NCBI GenBank assembly: GCA_038245905.1
Contig: JBBRRY010000054.1
Span: 1 to 13,502, forward strand
Direction: 5' to 3'
From: Thermoanaerobaculia bacterium
Lineage (GTDB): Bacteria; Acidobacteriota; Thermoanaerobaculia; UBA5066
DNA: 13,502 bases
Shown: positions 8,740-13,502 of the stretch, in pieces
Layout of the letters: each line of letters begins with the position of its first letter
Position numbering within the stretch: position 1 is the first letter of the stretch
Notes under the pieces: generated by a model
Database searches by the model: none
Told to the model about the DNA's origin: nothing
What the model saw: only the letters and a program-made list of their open reading frames with translations
Position numbers and translations under genes: made by a program

Positions 8740-9603
8740 GTGATCGCGCTCTTGTGCTTCGCTGCCGTGTTTCTCGTCCTCTGGAGCGTCGCGCTCACGG
8801 TCGTCCCGCATCTCGTCCGGCGCGTCCGGTCCGTCGCCGGACGCCTTGCCCGATGGCTCTGCGGCCGCTCTCGGCTCGGACCGCTCTTCGGGCGGCTCGA
8901 GACGTGGCGTTCGTATCTCCCGCTCGCCATCGCTCTCGCGATCGGAATGCTCGTCATCGTGTGGACCGCCGATGCATTCATCGATCTCGCGGCCGCGCTC
9001 AAGGCGCAGGACCCGGCCGTCCAGCGAATCGACGCGGCGGTCTACGAATGGTTCGGATCCCGGAGGACACCCTTCACGAGCGCGCTCTTCGTGACGATCA
9101 CGACGGCGGGTGGGGTTGCCGGGATGACGGCGCTCGTCGTAGCAGTGCTCGCCGTCCTGATCGCACGCCGCCGGTTTCGCCGGGCAGCCTACCTCGCGAT
9201 CACGTCCGCGGGCGGCTTTCTTCTCAATCAGCTCCTGAAGAACCACTACGTCAGGCCACGACCCGACCTGAAGGCGGCCGTTCTCGATGCGATGGGCTAT
9301 TCGTTTCCCAGCGGGCACGCCATGAGCAGCACGATCATCCTCGGCGCCCTCGCCTACCTCGCGACCCGCTCGATACCGGACTGGAAAAATAAATCCGCCG
9401 CCCTCGCCGCTCTCGCGACGCTTGCGCTCGCCATCGGGATCTCCCGTGTCTACCTCGGAGTCCACTGGGCCTCGGATGTCGGCGCGGGCTTCGCGGCCGG
9501 ATTGCTCTGGGTGACCGCGACGACCACGGGTTACGAGCTCTTCCGGCAGTACCGCCTCGGCCAGGCGGATATGGCGCAGCGCCGGACGAATGCCTCCGCG
9601 TGA
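8740..9603 (+). CDS. PAP2-family integral membrane lipid phosphatase (undecaprenyl-PP/phosphatidylglycerophosphatase-like)
   Basis: C1 KNHYVRPRP, C2 SFPSGHA, C3 SRVYLGVHWASDV, and multiple TM helices. Start uncertain because no clear RBS is visible. Confidence 0.9.
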   Translation: MIALLCFAAVFLVLWSVALTVVPHLVRRVRSVAGRLARWLCGRSRLGPLFGRLETWRSYLPLAIALAIGMLVIVWTADAFIDLAAALKAQDPAVQRIDAAVYEWFGSRRTPFTSALFVTITTAGGVAGMTALVVAVLAVLIARRRFRRAAYLAITSAGGFLLNQLLKNHYVRPRPDLKAAVLDAMGYSFPSGHAMSSTIILGALAYLATRSIPDWKNKSAALAALATLALAIGISRVYLGVHWASDVGAGFAAGLLWVTATTTGYELFRQYRLGQADMAQRRTNASA

Positions 9604-9629
9604 GCGACGGGCAGCCGCCGCGCGTGACA

Positions 9630-9635
9630 TAGAAT
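9630..9635 (+). promoter_or_regulatory. Candidate sigma70 -10 element for the nuo operon
   Basis: TAGAAT in the 72-bp intergenic gap before nuoB; no convincing -35. RBS-like AGGGGT at 9665-9670. Confidence 0.45.
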
Positions 9636-9641
9636 CCCGGC

Positions 9642-9659
9642 TCGTGACGCTTTTCACAA
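9642..9659. promoter_or_regulatory. Rex-like operator (alternatively a CRP/FNR-family site)
   Basis: TCGTGAC-GCTT-TTCACAA matches the Rex consensus TTGTGAA-N4-TTCACAA at 12/14 positions, with a perfect right half. It lies just downstream of the candidate -10 and upstream of NADH dehydrogenase genes. Confidence 0.65.
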
Positions 9660-9675
9660 GCGTCAGGGGTGCCCG

Positions 9676-10401
9676 ATGAAGACTCCGCCTCCCTCTCTGC
9701 CCGTCCGGAACGCCATGCCCGGGAGAATCGAGCCTCCGCTCGGCCCCGGAATGCCCTCGACGTCGGGCGCAGACTTCCTGACCACGAAGCTCGACGTCGC
9801 CGTCCAGTGGGCGCAGTCGAATTCGCTCTGGCCGATGCCCTTCGGCACGGCCTGCTGCGCGATCGAGTTCATGTCGGTCGTCTCCTCGCACTACGACCTG
9901 GCACGTTTCGGTGCCGAGGTCGTGCGGTTCTCGCCCCGCCAGGCGGACCTTCTGATCGTCGCCGGCACGGTTGTCGACAAGCTCGCGCCGGTTCTCAAGA
10001 AGGTCTACGACCAGATGTCCGAGCCGAAGTGGGTCATCTCGATGGGTGTTTGCGCCTCGACGGGCGGCTTCTACCGCGCGTACCACGTCGTGCAGGGGAT
10101 CGACGAGATCGTCCCCGTCGACGTTTACGTAGCGGGCTGCCCGCCGACGCCCGAGAACCTCATCCACGGAATCATGGAGCTCCAGAAGATGATCCAGTCC
10201 GGCGAACTGGCCCGCCACCGCGCATCTAAGACGTTCGTCCCGATCCGCGTCGGCACGGACCCTGATCTCTCGATTCCCGCTTACTCCGACGGCGTCATGG
10301 CGCATACCGCGGGAAAGAAGGAGCTGCCGCAGATCGGCGACACCGCCGAGTCCGAACTCAGCGCGAAGGCAAGGGGTCAGGCGGGAGAGGGGAACCGATG
10401 A
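9676..10401 (+). CDS. nuoB: NADH-quinone oxidoreductase subunit B
   Basis: [15 protein letters not shown] (tandem Cys N2 ligands), [42 protein letters not shown]. Confidence 0.96.
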   Translation: MKTPPPSLPVRNAMPGRIEPPLGPGMPSTSGADFLTTKLDVAVQWAQSNSLWPMPFGTACCAIEFMSVVSSHYDLARFGAEVVRFSPRQADLLIVAGTVVDKLAPVLKKVYDQMSEPKWVISMGVCASTGGFYRAYHVVQGIDEIVPVDVYVAGCPPTPENLIHGIMELQKMIQSGELARHRASKTFVPIRVGTDPDLSIPAYSDGVMAHTAGKKELPQIGDTAESELSAKARGQAGEGNR

Positions 10402-12131
10402 GCGCGACGCTGAGCCGTCCCTCCGTCTCGTTCGCGCCCCTGCTCGAGCAGAAGCTCAAGGGCCGTGTCACCGTCGAAGAGCGCCCGGGCGCCGACATCG
10501 CGACGCTCGTCACTGATGCCGCGACTTTGAAAGAAGCGGCGCTTTTCCTGCGCGACGATCCGGCCGCGGCGTACGACCTCTTCCTCGACCTCGCGTCCGT
10601 CGACCGGTCGAAGCTGCCGGGCAACACCGCTCCCGGGGAAAACGGGCGCTTCCAGGCGAACTACATCCTTTACTCGACGAAGCGCAACGAGCATCTGAGG
10701 CTTCGCGTCAACCTGCCCGCGAAGGACCCGGCCGTCCCGTCGCTCACCGGCGTCTGGCCGGCGGCGAACTGGTTCGAGCGCGAGGCATGGGACCTCATGG
10801 GGATCCGCTTCGACGGCCACCCGAACCTTCAGCGGCTGCTCACGCACAACGGCTTCTTCGGTCACGCGCTGCGCAAGGACTACGACAAGGGCCAGCGCTG
10901 GCTGTGCACCGAGGAAGACCTGCTCAAGACCGAGCTCGCCGCGAAGACGGACGACCCCGCGAACATGTTCGAGACGATGACGCTGAACTTCGGCCCGTCC
11001 CACCCCACGACGCACGGCACGCTGCGCGTCGTGATGCGCATGGACGGGGAGAAGATCGTCGCGGCCGAGTCCGAGTGCGGCTACCTCCATCGCTGCTTCG
11101 AGAAGATGTCCGAAAGCCACACGTGGGTGCAGGTCATCCCCTACACCGACCGCCTGAACTACTGCTCGCCCATGATCAACGGCAACGGATACGCCCTCGC
11201 CGTCGAAAAGATGCTCGGCATCGACGTGCCGCCGCGCGCGAAGGCCGCGCGCACCGTCTTGAACGAGTTCAGCCGCATCATGGATCACCTCGTCTGCATC
11301 GGGGCGAACCTCGTCGACCTCGGGGCGCTGACGAATTTCTGGTACGCGTTCCAGCCCCGCGAGGAGATCTACGGCCTCCTCGAAGCCTGCTGCGGAGCGC
11401 GCCTCACGTCCTCGTACGCGCGCATCGGCGGCCTCGCGAAGGACGTCCCGGACAACTTCGTGGAGTGGTCCCGTTCGCTTCTTCCCACGATCCGCGACCG
11501 CGTCGCCGACATCGACGGCCTCATCACGAAGAACAAGATCGCCTGGAACCGCCTGCGCGGGACCGGCGTCGTCACGAAGGAGCAGGCGATCGCGTGGGGC
11601 TTCACCGGCCCGTGCCTCCGCGCCTCCGGCGTCCCCTACGACGTCCGCAAGGACCAGCCCTACGAGATGTACGGCGACGTCGACTTCGACGTCCCCATCG
11701 CGACCGAGGGCGACAACTTCGCGCGCTACATCGTGCGCATCGAGGAGATCCGCCAGTCGATCCGGATCATCGAGCAGATCCTCGCGCGGTTCCCGAAGGG
11801 GCCGATCAACTCCGACGACTACCGCGTCATCCTGCCCCCGAAGGAGATGGTCTACAACGAGATGGAAGGGCTCATTTACCACTTCAAGCTGGTCTTCGAA
11901 GGCGTGAAGGTGCCGGCCGGGGAGATCTACTCGTACACCGAAGGCGCGAACGGCGAGCTCGGCTACTCGCTCGTGTCGGACGGCAGCGGCTTCCCCTACC
12001 GCGTCAAGGTGCGGCCCCCGTGCTTCCCGCTTTTCGCCGCGTTCGAGAACATCATCAAGGGCGGCATGGTCTCCGACGCCGTCGCCACGCTCGGCCTCTT
12101 GAACATCATCGCCGGCGAGCTGGACCGGTAG
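10398..12131 (+). CDS. nuoCD: NADH-quinone oxidoreductase fused subunit C/D
   Basis: NuoC motif [25 protein letters not shown]...HALRKDY, followed by NuoD motifs [36 protein letters not shown] and terminal GELDR. ATGA overlap with nuoB. Confidence 0.95.
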   Translation: MSATLSRPSVSFAPLLEQKLKGRVTVEERPGADIATLVTDAATLKEAALFLRDDPAAAYDLFLDLASVDRSKLPGNTAPGENGRFQANYILYSTKRNEHLRLRVNLPAKDPAVPSLTGVWPAANWFEREAWDLMGIRFDGHPNLQRLLTHNGFFGHALRKDYDKGQRWLCTEEDLLKTELAAKTDDPANMFETMTLNFGPSHPTTHGTLRVVMRMDGEKIVAAESECGYLHRCFEKMSESHTWVQVIPYTDRLNYCSPMINGNGYALAVEKMLGIDVPPRAKAARTVLNEFSRIMDHLVCIGANLVDLGALTNFWYAFQPREEIYGLLEACCGARLTSSYARIGGLAKDVPDNFVEWSRSLLPTIRDRVADIDGLITKNKIAWNRLRGTGVVTKEQAIAWGFTGPCLRASGVPYDVRKDQPYEMYGDVDFDVPIATEGDNFARYIVRIEEIRQSIRIIEQILARFPKGPINSDDYRVILPPKEMVYNEMEGLIYHFKLVFEGVKVPAGEIYSYTEGANGELGYSLVSDGSGFPYRVKVRPPCFPLFAAFENIIKGGMVSDAVATLGLLNIIAGELDR

Positions 12132-12142
12132 GCAGGAACAAA

Positions 12143-12823
12143 ATGGCAGCACGCGTCGTCACGCTCACGAGACCCGAGCCCACGCTTCTCGAGCGCCTGT
12201 ACTTTCCCGAGATCTTCAAGGGCCTGGCGCGGACGTTCGGCCATCTCGTGAAGAACCTCCTGAACATGAAGGGCCTTCCGACCATTCAGTTTCCCGAGAT
12301 GCGCCGGAAGTACTCGGAACGATACCGGGGGCGCCACATCCTCAAGACCCGCGAAGACGGCTCGCTCAGGTGCGTCGCGTGCTACATGTGCGAGACCAAC
12401 TGCCCGGCCGACTGCATCAAGATTCTGGCGGGGGAGCACCCCGTCCTCGCCTACGAGAAATATCCGACCGTCTTCGAGATCGACCTGCTCCGCTGCGTGA
12501 TGTGCGGTTACTGCGTCGATGCGTGCCCGAAGGACGCGATCTGGATGACGAAGGACTACGAGATGGCGTTCTTCGACCGGAAGAGCGCGATCCTCGGCAT
12601 CCCCGAGCTCACCGAGAAGCCCTCCGACACGGACGCCTCGGGCCCGGGTTACGGTTACCGGCCCTACGAGGGCGAGAGCCCGATGAAGAAAGCGGGACAG
12701 TTCGAGCCCTCGGGCATCCCGCTGCTTCCGGCGCTCAAGGAGCGCGGTCTCGCGATCAACCGCATGCCGCCGCCCCCGCCGCCGAAGCCCGCCGTGCCGC
12801 CTCCGGCGGCGAAGGCGAGATGA
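12143..12823 (+). CDS. nuoI: NADH-quinone oxidoreductase subunit I (2x[4Fe-4S]) with Pro-rich tail, 226 aa
   Basis: Real start is ATG 12143 after AGGA, inside the track's 10787..12823 ORF. TIQFPE..RYRGRH, CVACYMCETNCP, FEIDLLRCVMCGYCVDACPKDAI. Confidence 0.94.
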   Translation: MAARVVTLTRPEPTLLERLYFPEIFKGLARTFGHLVKNLLNMKGLPTIQFPEMRRKYSERYRGRHILKTREDGSLRCVACYMCETNCPADCIKILAGEHPVLAYEKYPTVFEIDLLRCVMCGYCVDACPKDAIWMTKDYEMAFFDRKSAILGIPELTEKPSDTDASGPGYGYRPYEGESPMKKAGQFEPSGIPLLPALKERGLAINRMPPPPPPKPAVPPPAAKAR

Positions 12824-12827
12824 GAAA

Positions 12828-12907
12828 GAATGTTTCTATCTGTAGAAACCTCGAGCTTTCTACCTGCAGAAACTTCGGCTCATTTGCTTCTGCAGATAGA
12901 AACATTC
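12828..12907. repeat. AT-rich element with a 20-bp inverted repeat and three copies of an 18-bp quasi-palindrome
   Basis: GAATGTTTCTATCTGTAGAA (12828-12847) pairs with TTCTGCAGATAGAAACATTC (12888-12907) at 19/20. Units: GTTTCTATCTGTAGAAAC (12832-12849), CTTTCTACCTGCAGAAAC (12856-12873), and inverted GCTTCTGCAGATAGAAAC (12886-12903). Confidence 0.9.
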
Positions 12908-12913
12908 GATGAC

Positions 12914-12931
12914 GTCTAATACTAGTTAGCG
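12914..12931 (+). other. attI-like (or attG-like) recombination simple site; predicted crossover G/TT at 12925/12926
   Basis: GTCTAAT-ACTA-GTTAGCG, i.e. CTAA-N6-TTAG dyad symmetry. It resembles the L box/spacer/R box layout of attI1 (CCCTAAA-ACAAA-GTTRRRY) but with a spacer 1 nt shorter. Confidence 0.55.
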
Positions 12932-12937
12932 GGCTCA

Positions 12938-13357
12938 ATGGTCACGCCTGCCTCTCTTCGTTTCCTCCGCTACATCTGGGCGGCACCGGCCACCTTAGTC
13001 GGGCTCGTCATCGCGGCTATCTCCTGCCTGTTGGGCGCCACGGCCCGAGTTCGTGAGGGCGTAATCGAGGTGGCCGGAGGTCATCTGGCTACGTTCGCCC
13101 GTCGTGCGCCGCGGTCTATTCAGTTCCTGGCTATTACCTTCGGCCACGTCGTCCTCGGCCTGAGCCATTCGGTGCTCGCGCAGGAACGGGCGCACGAACA
13201 CATTCACGTGCGCCAGTACGAGAGGTGGGGGTTTTTCTTCTTCCCGCTCTACCTCGCTTCAAGCGCGGCGCAGCTCCTCAAGGGCCGTCATCCGTACTGG
13301 CACAACCGGTTCGAGCGCCAGGCGTTCAGCCATGCCACGTCTGAGGTCGCCCGCTAA
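12938..13357 (+). CDS. Small membrane-associated putative zinc metallopeptidase (HExxH), cassette-borne hypothetical protein
   Basis: Hydrophobic N-terminus WAAPATLVGLVIAAISCLLG; AITFGHVV; HEHIH followed by VRQYERWG; downstream NRFERQA supplies a possible third Glu ligand (gluzincin-like). Confidence 0.75.
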   Translation: MVTPASLRFLRYIWAAPATLVGLVIAAISCLLGATARVREGVIEVAGGHLATFARRAPRSIQFLAITFGHVVLGLSHSVLAQERAHEHIHVRQYERWGFFFFPLYLASSAAQLLKGRHPYWHNRFERQAFSHATSEVAR

Positions 13358-13375
13358 CCCCGCGTTGCAGCGGAC
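13352..13375 (+). other. attC left arm (R'' box, spacer, L'' box), apparently interrupted or truncated
   Basis: CGCTAAC-CCCGC-GTTGCAGC-GGAC has the canonical attC left-arm layout. No complementary L'/R' arm is found in the remaining 127 bp. Confidence 0.72.
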
Positions 13376-13502
13376 TTCCATGAGAAGGCCGGTCGTAGTC
13401 AAGAGAGGGCTGAGATCTTCGGTGGAAATTCCCGGGCTCGAGTTGGTCGCCGTGCTTCCATTCGCACTCGTGTGGGCCGCGTCGTGTCGGCCTGGTGCAT
13501 GA
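13376..13502 (-). mobile_element. Possible right end / non-coding region of an IS110/IS1111-family element inserted in attC
   Basis: The attC stops just after L''. A minus-strand TTGACT (13402-13397) points outward about 21 nt from the junction, and the terminal 7-mer CTTCCAT (13375-13381) recurs at 13455-13461. No transposase is visible in the window. Confidence 0.4.

Larger units (their letters stand above)
12926..13375 (+). mobile_element. Integron-type gene cassette (single ORF plus left arm of attC)
   Basis: GTTAGCGGGC (12925-12934) is the exact reverse complement of GCCCGCTAAC (13349-13358). The ORF starts 13 nt after the G of GTT and its TAA stop lies inside the inverse core. Codon usage looks less GC3-biased than the nuo genes (by eye). 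Confidence 0.8.

Noticed and set aside
6787-10305. 1172-aa minus-strand ORF
   Set aside because: Antisense shadow of three well-supported + strand genes; Arg/Gly-rich with no motifs, as expected from high-GC codon bias.
10398-12131. Group 4 [NiFe]-hydrogenase large subunit interpretation of the B-CD-I cluster
   Set aside because: No N-terminal RxCGxC or C-terminal DPCxxC motif; NuoB has tandem CC and the NuoD quinone-site residues are present.
10787-12142. Apparent 452-aa N-terminal extension of NuoI (678-aa ORF), suggesting a fusion or frameshift
   Set aside because: An off-frame overlap with intact nuoCD. nuoI has its own ATG at 12143 with an RBS, and nuoCD ends normally at GELDR.
10377-12152. 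591-aa minus-strand ORF
   Set aside because: Antisense shadow of nuoCD.
12764-12806. CCG-rich simple repeat as a contingency locus
   Set aside because: Imperfect, in frame, and explained by the poly-Pro tail of NuoI.
12828-12907. CRISPR array or Rho-independent terminator
   Set aside because: The units are 18 bp with 6- and 12-bp gaps, one is inverted, and there are no cas genes. The stem is AT-rich with a 40-nt interior and no U-tract.
13408-13450. GCTGAGA-TCTTC-GGTGGAA or GTTGGTC as the attC right arm
   Set aside because: The first lacks the invariant GTT, and the second has no L' complementary to GTTGCAGC at the proper spacing.

Overview
High-GC bacterial window; gene content and the tandem-domain secreted protein suggest Acidobacteriota such as Thermoanaerobaculia (inference only). 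In order: the 3' end of a MacB/FtsX-type ABC permease; an orphan dCache-HAMP-GAF sensor histidine kinase; a minus-strand ECF sigma factor (ECF43/TIGR02999-like) translationally coupled to a membrane Hanks-type Ser/Thr kinase with a TPR-like outer domain; a divergent 904-aa secreted protein with two tandem homologous domains; a PAP2 phosphatase; and a nuoB-nuoCD-nuoI operon (complex I Q-module only) preceded by a Rex-like operator. The most unusual part is 12820-13502. Straight after nuoI, with no integrase gene, lie an AT-rich triple-palindrome/attI-like site and an integron-type gene cassette encoding an HExxH protein, bounded by perfectly complementary 10-bp core sites. The cassette's attC breaks off after its left arm, into sequence that resembles the right end of an IS110/IS1111-family element.
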